Notes: generated by a model from the letters alone, not told the origin. A DNA stretch of 29,577 bases from Candidatus Heimdallarchaeota archaeon (GCA_021399395.1 JAAFKJ010000102.1:1-29577), one strand, 5' to 3'; counted from the first letter of the stretch, positions 8,891 to 17,328 are shown. Made by a program: numbers and translations.

Positions 8891-11800
8891 ATGTTTATTA
8901 TGTGGTTTTATTGTGCTCCACGAAAAATAGTTTTTGGAGAAGATTCACTAGATGAATTAAAAGAAATTAAGGGTAAAAGTGCACTTATTGTAACTGATAA
9001 AGTTCTTCTAGACTTAGGTATTCCTCAAAAAGCAATTAGTCTTTTAGAAGAAAACGAATTCAAAATAACAATATTCGATCAAGTTGACTATGAGCCATCA
9101 ATACCTATGGCAAAAGCTGGAGCAGAAATCGCTCGGAGAGAAGAAGTTGATTGGATAGTAGCAATAGGTGGTGGGTCTGTGATTGATTGTGCAAAATCCA
9201 TCTGGGTTTTCTATGAGAATCCTGACATGAGTATTGATAGTGTTTTTCCAGAAGATCCCTTACCTCTACGAGATAAGGCGCGATTGATAACAATCCCTAC
9301 AACTAGTGGGACAGGTTCAGATGCTAACTGGGCTATTGTTATTTCTGATCCGGAAACCAAACAAAAACTAAGTGTTGGTCATAGAGACCTGATACCAGAT
9401 ATCGACATTGTAGACCCTTCTCTAACTCTGAAGCTTCCTCCTCATTTAACTGCATCAACAGGGATGGATGTTTTAGCACACGCTATTGAAGCTTATACAA
9501 TAGATTGGAAGAATGACTTTGCTGATGCTATGGCAATACAAGCAATCAAGCTAGTTTTCGAATTTCTCCCTAAAGCTGTAAAGGAAGGAGAAAACATAGA
9601 ATATAGAGAAAAGATGCACAATGCAGCAACCATGGCAGGAATTGCAATTGGAAACAGCCAAATTGGTGGTGCTCATGCCTTAGCTCATTCCGCGGGAGCA
9701 GTTTTAAATCTACCACATGGAGAAATTATCGCTCTTGCGCTACCTCATATGATGAGATATTGTCTAGAAGAAGATAAGACAGTTCAACATTATTCGGAGA
9801 TAGCTCATACAATAGGTATCAAGTTTGAAACACCAAAAGAAGGAGCAGAGAAACTTATTGAAAGAATTGAAGCGTTAATTTTGGATTTAGGATTAAAAAC
9901 CACTCTTAAGGAATTTGGAATCACTCATAATCAGCTCCAAGAGAATATGGAGCTTCTACGTGACTTCGCACTTAATGATACGGGTTCCTTGATTAATCCT
10001 CGAGAATTAACTAACGAATCTATCGAGAACTTATACTATGATATGGCTGGTTTTGTTAGGGGAGGATATCGTAATGCAGTACTCAAAGTTGATTTATCAA
10101 GTCAAATACACTCTGTTGAACCCTTGGATTTGGAAGCAGCTAAGAATTTCGTTGGAGGGAGTGGATTAGGTGCTTATTATTATTTTAAATTCCTGAACAC
10201 TAAAAATGTTAGTGCTCTCTCCCCTGAAAATATCTTAATCTTTATGACTGGACCATTAACAGGTTTACCCACTTCTTGTGCAGGAAGGTTTACAGTTTGT
10301 TCACGTTCACCTTTAACAGGATTCTGGGGTGAAGCTAACTCAGGTGGAAATTTTGGACCTGAATTAAAATTTGCAGGATACGATAGCATAGTCCTTGAAG
10401 GAGCGTCAGATAAACCTGTTTATCTTCTGATTGACGATGATAAGGTAGAGATTAGAGATGCGTCACATCTGTGGGGATTAGGAACATTCGCAACTCATGA
10501 AAAGATTCTCGATGAGCTTGGAGATAAAAAATTCAAGATAGCTTGTATAGGGCAAGCTGGAGAAAATCTTGTCAAATATGCATCTATAATGAATGATGAA
10601 GGTAGAGCTGCTGGAAGAACTGGTTTGGGAGCCGTAATGGGTTCGAAGAAACTAAAAGCAATAGTGGTAAAGGGATCAAACAAAGAATTTCTTCTACCTA
10701 AAGAGTTTAAAGAAAAATCAAGAGAGGCTTATGATTCAATAAAAGAAGATTTCATGGTAGAACTTACTAAAGAACTTGGTACTGCTGGTTATCTAGATGT
10801 CGCAATAGACATGTACGGTGATTTACCAATACGTAATTGGTCTGAATCAAAATTTGAAGAAGCAGCTAATCTTTCAGGGGTTACAATGAAAGAAACAATT
10901 CTTGTAGGAAGATACGCATGTTATCGTTGTCCGATAGGTTGTGGCAGAGTCATAGAGATACCTGAAGGGAAATATAAACTTCCTCGAACTAAAGGTCCTG
11001 AATATGAGACATTAGGAGCATTTGGGACAAATCTGAAAATAGGAGATTTAGAAGCTTTATCGTTTGCGAATTACAAAGCAAATGATTATGGTATGGATAC
11101 AATTTCTTCTGGTACAACTATAGGAGTATTACTTGACCTCGTATCCAAAAACTTCATACCTCCTGAAGCATTACCAGAAGGAATAGATTTGAGTTTTGGA
11201 AATGTTGATACCTTACTTACCCTTCTAGATATGATAACTAAGCGAGAGGGAATAGGTAATTTGTTAGCAGAAGGTAGCAAGGTTTTAGCAGAAAATTATC
11301 TTTACACAGCACTAGCTCCCCAAATTGCAGGTTTAGAGGCACCTTTCCATGACCCAAGAGCGTTTAGTGGCTGGGCTATTCAGTATCTCACAAGTCCAAG
11401 AGGAGCGTGTCACAATAACGGAGATGCTTACATGATACAACAAGGAACAACCTTTCCTGAATTAGAGATTGATGATTTACCAGATAGTAGATTCGAAAAT
11501 AGTGGAATAGCTAAACAAATGGCTAGACTTCAAAGTTACAGACAATTATACAACGCAATGTCTATTTGTGTTTTCTATAATCCACCTGCACCCCTTGTAT
11601 CTGATTTATTGGGGATGGCTGTAAATCAATCTTATACACCAGAAGATCTAATTCTCTTGGGAGATAGAATTTATGCTCTCAAAAGAATCATCAATCTAAG
11701 ACTAGGGTGGAAACCTGAACTTCAAGTCTTACCTAATGTTATGCGACAAAGATTAGACGGACCAACTGAAGGAAATACACCCGATGTAGAGACACAACTA

Positions 11801-11914
11801 AGAGAATGGTATGAGTATAGAAACTATAGTCAAGAATCAGGATGTCCAAAAGGTGAAGAACTGGAAAGATTAGATCTGAAAGAAATACTTTCTTTCTGTA
11901 ACTTTGGTGATTAA
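8891..11914 (+). CDS. aor: Fusion of iron-containing alcohol dehydrogenase (aa ~1-385) and tungsten-type aldehyde:ferredoxin oxidoreductase (aa ~390-1007)
   Basis: ADH: GGGSVID, PTTSGTGS, DVLAHAIE, AHALAH, LPHG. AOR: GGY..VLKVDLS, RSPLTG, ANSGG.FG, GRAAGRTGLGAVMGSKKLKAI, CYRCPIGC, PEYET, GMDTIS, DPR, RGACH. No stop between the domains; start ATG 8891 or 8900. Confidence 0.93.
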   Translation: MFIMWFYCAPRKIVFGEDSLDELKEIKGKSALIVTDKVLLDLGIPQKAISLLEENEFKITIFDQVDYEPSIPMAKAGAEIARREEVDWIVAIGGGSVIDCAKSIWVFYENPDMSIDSVFPEDPLPLRDKARLITIPTTSGTGSDANWAIVISDPETKQKLSVGHRDLIPDIDIVDPSLTLKLPPHLTASTGMDVLAHAIEAYTIDWKNDFADAMAIQAIKLVFEFLPKAVKEGENIEYREKMHNAATMAGIAIGNSQIGGAHALAHSAGAVLNLPHGEIIALALPHMMRYCLEEDKTVQHYSEIAHTIGIKFETPKEGAEKLIERIEALILDLGLKTTLKEFGITHNQLQENMELLRDFALNDTGSLINPRELTNESIENLYYDMAGFVRGGYRNAVLKVDLSSQIHSVEPLDLEAAKNFVGGSGLGAYYYFKFLNTKNVSALSPENILIFMTGPLTGLPTSCAGRFTVCSRSPLTGFWGEANSGGNFGPELKFAGYDSIVLEGASDKPVYLLIDDDKVEIRDASHLWGLGTFATHEKILDELGDKKFKIACIGQAGENLVKYASIMNDEGRAAGRTGLGAVMGSKKLKAIVVKGSNKEFLLPKEFKEKSREAYDSIKEDFMVELTKELGTAGYLDVAIDMYGDLPIRNWSESKFEEAANLSGVTMKETILVGRYACYRCPIGCGRVIEIPEGKYKLPRTKGPEYETLGAFGTNLKIGDLEALSFANYKANDYGMDTISSGTTIGVLLDLVSKNFIPPEALPEGIDLSFGNVDTLLTLLDMITKREGIGNLLAEGSKVLAENYLYTALAPQIAGLEAPFHDPRAFSGWAIQYLTSPRGACHNNGDAYMIQQGTTFPELEIDDLPDSRFENSGIAKQMARLQSYRQLYNAMSICVFYNPPAPLVSDLLGMAVNQSYTPEDLILLGDRIYALKRIINLRLGWKPELQVLPNVMRQRLDGPTEGNTPDVETQLREWYEYRNYSQESGCPKGEELERLDLKEILSFCNFGD

Positions 11915-11945
11915 AAACATCTAAATACTATGATATAAAACAAGA

Positions 11946-12800
11946 ATGTACATAGAGTTGATTTCAATGTCTCAAGATTCTACCATAGAGGAAGCAATGT
12001 TTAATGCTCTATCTAATCCTCTTAGGAGAAAGATTATTGAGTTCATAGATGAGATAGGGGGAGCAACTTATACTGACCTAACAGAAAATTTTGAGTTGAA
12101 ATCTGGTCCATTGTATTATCATCTACGTCAAATGAAACAATTTGTACATCAAGGGGATAGTAAGAAATATCTCCTAACTGAAGACGGTGTAAAGGCACTT
12201 AATCTCTTTAGAGGAAAAAAGGAACCTGAATATGAGGTATTTGAGGAGCCAGAAAAACCTAAAGTCTTCAGTATGTGGAAATTCAGTTTAGTTCCACTCG
12301 TAAAGTTTTTTGCTAGAAACCCTATTCACTCTCTAATAGAATTTGTAATTCTTGCTGGAGTAAGTGTATTTATTGGATGGAGGAGTAACATGTTTATTGT
12401 TGGCAATTTCGTCATATCATATGAAGTTCCCCTTTGGCTTGGGTATATCAGCCTTCTAGCTAGTTGGATTTTCATTGCTGGTTTTTCAGAAATTCTCAGC
12501 CGATTTGTCTATAAGAAGAAGAAAAATTCTCTCGAGTTAATAAATGTTATAAATCTCATCTTCCTACCTTCATTTCTATTTACAATAATCCTTGGAATAA
12601 TAGGTTGGGCTAGCGGGACAATATTAATTGTTCCATCAATAGTTTTGCTTATTCTCCATGGAGTATTCCAGATATGGAGTTTTCTGATAATCATAACCGC
12701 AATCGGAGAGGTAAAGGAGCTGACAATTGAGAGATCAGCTATAATTGCCATGGTTGTAAGTTATGCTCAAATTTTCACATTAATTTTCATTCTATTGTAA
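11946..12800 (+). CDS. Membrane-anchored ArsR-like winged-helix transcriptional regulator
   Basis: FNALSNPLRRKII...SGPLYYHLRQM...YLLTEDG wHTH, followed by about 5 transmembrane segments; start may be ATG 11967. Confidence 0.85.
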   Translation: MYIELISMSQDSTIEEAMFNALSNPLRRKIIEFIDEIGGATYTDLTENFELKSGPLYYHLRQMKQFVHQGDSKKYLLTEDGVKALNLFRGKKEPEYEVFEEPEKPKVFSMWKFSLVPLVKFFARNPIHSLIEFVILAGVSVFIGWRSNMFIVGNFVISYEVPLWLGYISLLASWIFIAGFSEILSRFVYKKKKNSLELINVINLIFLPSFLFTIILGIIGWASGTILIVPSIVLLILHGVFQIWSFLIIITAIGEVKELTIERSAIIAMVVSYAQIFTLIFILL

Positions 12801-12842
12801 GCTTAGCTTCAGAATATTATTTGGCCGGCTCTAAATCCAAAG

Positions 12843-12920
12843 CTACAGAAAATTGTAGGAAAATTTATACTGTTTTATAGCAAAAACTACAATTCGGAAT
12901 AAGTTAAGCTATTTATCAAC
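12843..12920 (+). promoter_or_regulatory. Phased operator array plus BRE/TATA upstream of acidic surface protein 1
   Basis: Perfect CTACA-N6-TGTAG at 12843-12858, further half-sites every 11 bp up to 12891, then ATAAGTTAAGCTATTTATCAAC. Confidence 0.7.
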
Positions 12921-12962
12921 CCGGGCAGAAGTCTAAACCACAAGAAAAATGGTGTCAAAACA

Positions 12963-13994
12963 ATGAAAACACAACTAAAAGTCAAACAGAAGCTGGTTTT
13001 GGGCAGCTTAGTTGCAATACTAGTCATCTCATCTTTCATGTACATGCCTGCGTTAGCAGATAGTGGAGAAGATGAAGATGATGATGGAATAGATGATGAA
13101 GTAGAAGATGAAAACGAAAGAGAAGTTCACGTAGAATATTCTGAAAATGAGGTACAGATAGAATCTTCAATATCAAATAATGGAATAGAGAACGAATTTC
13201 AAGTTAAAGTTTCTACAGAATCTGATGGTCTTAAATTTAAACTAGAATTTGAAGAAGAAAATGAAACTTTAGAAACAGAAATAGAATTTCAAGTAGTTTT
13301 CAGTGAAATTATTGAGTTCAGAGATCTTAACGCAGATGGAATTTATAATGATTCAGATGAAGTAATTCAAGTGCTAAAATTAGATGATTTCAAACCAATA
13401 GTCTACACTGTTGAATCAATTAACAATGCAACTGTTCATGTTCTATTTGTTGAAACCGCAGATGAGATCTTCACTGCTACACTTTATGCTACTGGTGAAT
13501 TTGCAGACATAGAGGGTGTTGTAGTAGCTCCAACACAAGTTAAAATAGATGTTGGAATTCATAATTTCAATTACACTGAACTTGATACTCAACTAGCTCT
13601 CAAAGTTGAATTGCATTCTGAACTTGAAGTAGATTATGAAGATGACGAAGAAACTGAAGATGAAGAATATGGTCATGCAGAAGATGAACATGAAGTTGAA
13701 ATAAGTCTAAACGAATATAGTGCATTCTTCTCCTGGATTGAAACTGCAATGGTCGATGGTGTTGAAGTAGATGTTAAAGTCACTCCCCTAGAAATGGATT
13801 TAGAAGAAAACAAAATGTATCTAAATTATCCAAGAGGAATTGAAATCATACACGATCCAAAAGTTGGTGTATCAAATCTTCTAATAGTTAATACTTCCTT
13901 CTTAGGAGATAATAACTTCTTATTCATTACAGCAGCAGCAGTACTAACACTAACAGGTCTAGTTTTAGTCTTCCGTAAAAGATTCAAGAGATAA
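12963..13994 (+). CDS. Very acidic secreted, C-terminally membrane-anchored surface protein, copy 1
   Basis: Basic/hydrophobic signal peptide ending ALA; DDDDGIDD and DLNADG..ND Ca-binding-like loops; NYPRG..I.HDPK.G motif; C-terminal TM plus RKRFKR. Confidence 0.82.
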   Translation: MKTQLKVKQKLVLGSLVAILVISSFMYMPALADSGEDEDDDGIDDEVEDENEREVHVEYSENEVQIESSISNNGIENEFQVKVSTESDGLKFKLEFEEENETLETEIEFQVVFSEIIEFRDLNADGIYNDSDEVIQVLKLDDFKPIVYTVESINNATVHVLFVETADEIFTATLYATGEFADIEGVVVAPTQVKIDVGIHNFNYTELDTQLALKVELHSELEVDYEDDEETEDEEYGHAEDEHEVEISLNEYSAFFSWIETAMVDGVEVDVKVTPLEMDLEENKMYLNYPRGIEIIHDPKVGVSNLLIVNTSFLGDNNFLFITAAAVLTLTGLVLVFRKRFKR

Positions 13995-14020
13995 TCTCTT
14001 TTTCTTTTTTCTTTTTATTT
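13995..14020 (+). terminator. Archaeal T-rich terminator
   Basis: Long run of T-tracts (TCTCTTTTTCTTTTT...) directly after the stop. Confidence 0.6.
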
Positions 14021-14040
14021 TAAGGCTTTAAAGAATGATT

Positions 14041-14097
14041 CTACATAAAATTATAGTAGAAAACTACAGAAAGTTATAAGCTAAGCTATTTATTAAC
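14041..14097 (+). promoter_or_regulatory. Operator array plus BRE/TATA upstream of acidic surface protein 2
   Basis: CTACA-N6-TATAG-N7-CTACA-N7-ATAAGCTAAGCTATTTATTAAC, matching the promoter of copy 1. Confidence 0.7.
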
Positions 14098-14136
14098 TGT
14101 AAATAGAATATAATTAGACAAAAGGGTGATATTAAA

Positions 14137-15207
14137 ATGAAATCAAAACTAATAACCAAACAAAGATTGTTTCTAGGCGGATTATTAGTTATATTAGTGG
14201 CCACTTCCTTTCTTTACATACCTGTAAATGCATCAGGTGATGAAGACGATGAAGATGGCATAGATGACGATTATGAACATGAAAATGAGAGGGATGTAGA
14301 TGTAGAATATTCACCTTATGAGGTTCAAATATCATCATCAATTAGCAATAATGGTATAGAAAATGAGTTCCAGATTCAAGTAAAAGTTGGATCAGATGGG
14401 CTCAGACTTGAACTAGAGTACGAGGAAGACAATGAAACAATTGAAACAGAAATCGATTTTGATGTAAGTTTCACTGAAATAATTGAATTCACGGATCTTA
14501 GTGGAGAAGGAGCTTATAATGATACTGACGATGTTGAACAAACTCTAACACTAGAGAATTTCAAACCTATTGATTATTCAGTCGAAACTATTGACAACAC
14601 ATCAGTTCATGTTCTATTTGTTGAAACTGAAGATGAGGTTTTCAGTTCAACACTTTACATATCTAGTGAGTTTGTGAATGTCAGTGGAGTTATAGTAGCT
14701 CCAACACAGATGAAGATAGACATAGGAATCCATAATTTCAATTACACTGAACTTGATACTCAACTAGCTCTTCAAGTGGAATTAGATTCTGAAAGTGAAG
14801 TAGATTATGAAGAAGATGAAGATACTGAAGATGAAGAATTTGGCCACGCAGATGATGAATATGAAATCAATATAAATCTCGATGATTATAGTGGATTCTT
14901 CTCATGGGCTGAAGTAGTTTTAGTTGATGATGTAGAACACAATGTTACTATTACTCCCTTTGAATCAGGTTCAGAAGACCATATAATGTTTATTAACTAT
15001 CCAAGAGGAACAGAAATCATTCACGACCCAAAAATTGGTATTGAAGGGATATTAACTGAGATTGATTACACAAACCCAGATACATTTCTAATTCCATGGG
15101 TACAACTTCTCAATCCTACCCAAATTGAATTGTTGATAGTTTCAGCAATAAGTTTCCTTATATTGACAAGTTTAGTTTTGGTCTTTAGAAAACAGAAAGT
15201 CGCATAA
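14137..15207 (+). CDS. Very acidic membrane-anchored surface protein, copy 2 (tandem paralog)
   Basis: Collinear with 12963..13994 (ISNNGIENEFQ, APTQ.KID.GIHNFNYTELDTQLAL, YPRG.EIIHDPK); GGTGA RBS upstream. Confidence 0.82.
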   Translation: MKSKLITKQRLFLGGLLVILVATSFLYIPVNASGDEDDEDGIDDDYEHENERDVDVEYSPYEVQISSSISNNGIENEFQIQVKVGSDGLRLELEYEEDNETIETEIDFDVSFTEIIEFTDLSGEGAYNDTDDVEQTLTLENFKPIDYSVETIDNTSVHVLFVETEDEVFSSTLYISSEFVNVSGVIVAPTQMKIDIGIHNFNYTELDTQLALQVELDSESEVDYEEDEDTEDEEFGHADDEYEININLDDYSGFFSWAEVVLVDDVEHNVTITPFESGSEDHIMFINYPRGTEIIHDPKIGIEGILTEIDYTNPDTFLIPWVQLLNPTQIELLIVSAISFLILTSLVLVFRKQKVA

Positions 15208-15222
15208 CTATGAGAGTTATGC
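15202..15222. terminator. Hairpin between convergent genes
   Basis: GCATAACT-ATGAG-AGTTATGC perfect 8-bp inverted repeat overlapping the stop codon. Confidence 0.35.
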
Positions 15223-15239
15223 ACTCTTATACTACTCAC

Positions 15240-16103
15240 TTATTTTTTATTTTTTTGTTTTTCACAGCAGATGTTCAGTATTGAATGAGAATGACCACCA
15301 TCTATAGGAGATTCCTTCCAAACATGTTCTGTTTTACTAATGATTACAAAATCACTTTCTTCAATGAGTGTTTCCATTGGATCTAACCAAAAAACAGATC
15401 TTTTACATTGATCGCCTTCAGGATCTCTTGAGACAGGAGTTGAAATGATTAGTTGTCCATTTTTATCTAACATATGATGTAAAAATTTTAAAGAAATCCT
15501 TACTGAATAATCGTTTAATTTTTTCATAATCTGAAAGAATCCCTCACTATTCTTCTGGAAACGCGGGCAATATTTAATGAAAATAGGCATAAGATAGAAG
15601 TCCATTAGCCCCAGATGTGTTATGAAATCGTACTTTCTATTGGTGTCCCGGGAATTAGGATATTCAATTTCTTTAGGTAATTCTAAAGTGTCAAGATATT
15701 CTAGAAGTTTTTTCTCTGTGAATTCTTCTTCTTCGAGTTTATGGAAACCATCCAGTATTTCGTCTATAAATCCACAAGTATTATCGAACTTTTGAACATC
15801 CACATTTGGGAATTCATATACAGAAGATAAATGAATTCTAGCTCGTTTCAAGGCTTCATCATTTATATCCAATAAGGTGATCTTTGAGATTCGATTCAGT
15901 ATCCGAGAATCAACTTCGGGTATTGTATTTGTAACACCTATAAAACCCCAATGACTGACTCTATGAGGTAAACATGAGTGAATAAAATTCCTTATTTGCT
16001 CATAATGAGAATCCCACTCTTCCTTATACAAAGAATAATTCTTCTCGTAATCATCCATCCATTCTTTATTCATGAAATCCTGCATTAAATGAGAAATATT
16101 CAA
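15240..16103 (-). CDS. Class I SAM-dependent methyltransferase-like protein
   Basis: KITLLDIN..AL..A (motif II), KYDFI, and LDKNGQLII (post-motif); motif I is degenerate (GFIGVTN); start uncertain. Confidence 0.55.
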   Translation of the reverse strand: MNISHLMQDFMNKEWMDDYEKNYSLYKEEWDSHYEQIRNFIHSCLPHRVSHWGFIGVTNTIPEVDSRILNRISKITLLDINDEALKRARIHLSSVYEFPNVDVQKFDNTCGFIDEILDGFHKLEEEEFTEKKLLEYLDTLELPKEIEYPNSRDTNRKYDFITHLGLMDFYLMPIFIKYCPRFQKNSEGFFQIMKKLNDYSVRISLKFLHHMLDKNGQLIISTPVSRDPEGDQCKRSVFWLDPMETLIEESDFVIISKTEHVWKESPIDGGHSHSILNICCEKQKNKK

Positions 16104-16141
16104 GTAATATAATATTCTTTCGTCCAGATAGAAGAAATTTT

Positions 16142-16759
16142 GTGAATAAAATGGATGTTTATATTATCAGGCACGGAGAAACAGCTTTCAATGAAGGAGA
16201 AGAGAGAATTAGAGGAAGAAAAGATGTACCTTTATCTAAACTTGGACTAAAACATGTTGAAGAGGTTGGTAAAGCATTATCTGAAGTTCCTATTGAAACT
16301 ATTTATCATAGCCAACTATCACGTACCAAGGATACAGCAGCTGGAATAAAAAACTATCAAGATAGTTCACTATTATTAGAAGAACCTTATCTCCTAGACA
16401 TATCTTTTGGAGACTGGGAAGGTAAAACAGGAAAGGAGGTTTTTCAAGGAGAACTACATGACAAGTGGAGAAACAATCCCCATGATGTCCTGATTCCTGG
16501 TGGTGAGACGTTCTTCCAAGTTTTGGATAGAATTCATAGATTATTCATTAGATTAAGAGAACAAAAAGAGAAAAGTGTTGTTTTAGTAAGTCATGGAGCA
16601 GTTATTAATCTAATATTTGTATATTTGACAGAAACACATCCTTCACATTATTGGGATTTTTATGTTAAACCATGCTCAATATCTCATGTAAAACTATATC
16701 CTAACGGAAAGATAAACATTGTCAAATTCAATGATTTTAGCCACTTATCTCAAGAATAA
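16142..16759 (+). CDS. Histidine phosphatase / phosphoglycerate mutase family protein
   Basis: IRHGET, FGDWEG, PGGE and VSHG motifs; start may be ATG 16151. Confidence 0.92.
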   Translation: MNKMDVYIIRHGETAFNEGEERIRGRKDVPLSKLGLKHVEEVGKALSEVPIETIYHSQLSRTKDTAAGIKNYQDSSLLLEEPYLLDISFGDWEGKTGKEVFQGELHDKWRNNPHDVLIPGGETFFQVLDRIHRLFIRLREQKEKSVVLVSHGAVINLIFVYLTETHPSHYWDFYVKPCSISHVKLYPNGKINIVKFNDFSHLSQE

Positions 16760-16864
16760 GTACCTCGACAATAAATTCCTTTACCATAAGATCTTTTTCT
16801 TTCTTTTTTTAACCTTATATACGTTCAGTAATTCTTAAAGAACCTCAAAATGGATATCGATTGA

Positions 16865-17296
16865 ATGACCGATATTATACAAGAAACCAGAAAATATTGG
16901 GGAAATGACTATAATTGTTCAAGAGCAGCCGCAAGAGGAATATTGGACTATTTTGATCATAAGGAACTATCTGAAACAATAGACAAAGCCCTATATGCAT
17001 TTGGAGGAGGGATTGGAGAAGGATCTATCTGTGGAGCAGTGACTGGTGCTTTAGCAGCATTAAGCACCATTATGGTAGAAAAGGACATCGATGATGAGAA
17101 TAAGAGAGAAGTATTTAGAAAATTTAAAGATATTTTTATTGAGAAGAATGACACTCTTTATTGTAAAGAAATCTTGAAGAATTTCTTCTTATCTGATGGT
17201 TCAGTAGATTATGATCATCCAGAAAGAAGGCAGAAGTGTGACCACGCTGTTGAATCAGCTGTTCTCATTGCAAAAGAGTTAATAGAAAAAATGTAA
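16865..17296 (+). CDS. C-GCAxxG-C-C family putative redox protein
   Basis: YNCSRA, FGGGIG.GSICGAVTG, LYCKEI and KC..AV cysteine pattern. Confidence 0.88.
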   Translation: MTDIIQETRKYWGNDYNCSRAAARGILDYFDHKELSETIDKALYAFGGGIGEGSICGAVTGALAALSTIMVEKDIDDENKREVFRKFKDIFIEKNDTLYCKEILKNFFLSDGSVDYDHPERRQKCDHAVESAVLIAKELIEKM

Positions 17297-17304
17297 AATA
17301 AGTA

Positions 17305-17328
17305 AAAGGGAGCAAATCCCTTTCTTTT
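17305..17328. terminator. Bidirectional hairpin terminator between convergent genes
   Basis: AAAGGGA-GCAAA-TCCCTTT flanked by A-rich (left) and T-rich (right) tracts. Confidence 0.55.

Noticed and set aside
10043-11914. AOR as a separate gene starting at internal Met385 (ATG 10043)
   Set aside because: No in-frame stop precedes it and there is no RBS-like sequence upstream. It may be a relic of the ancestral start, but the sequence supports a fusion.
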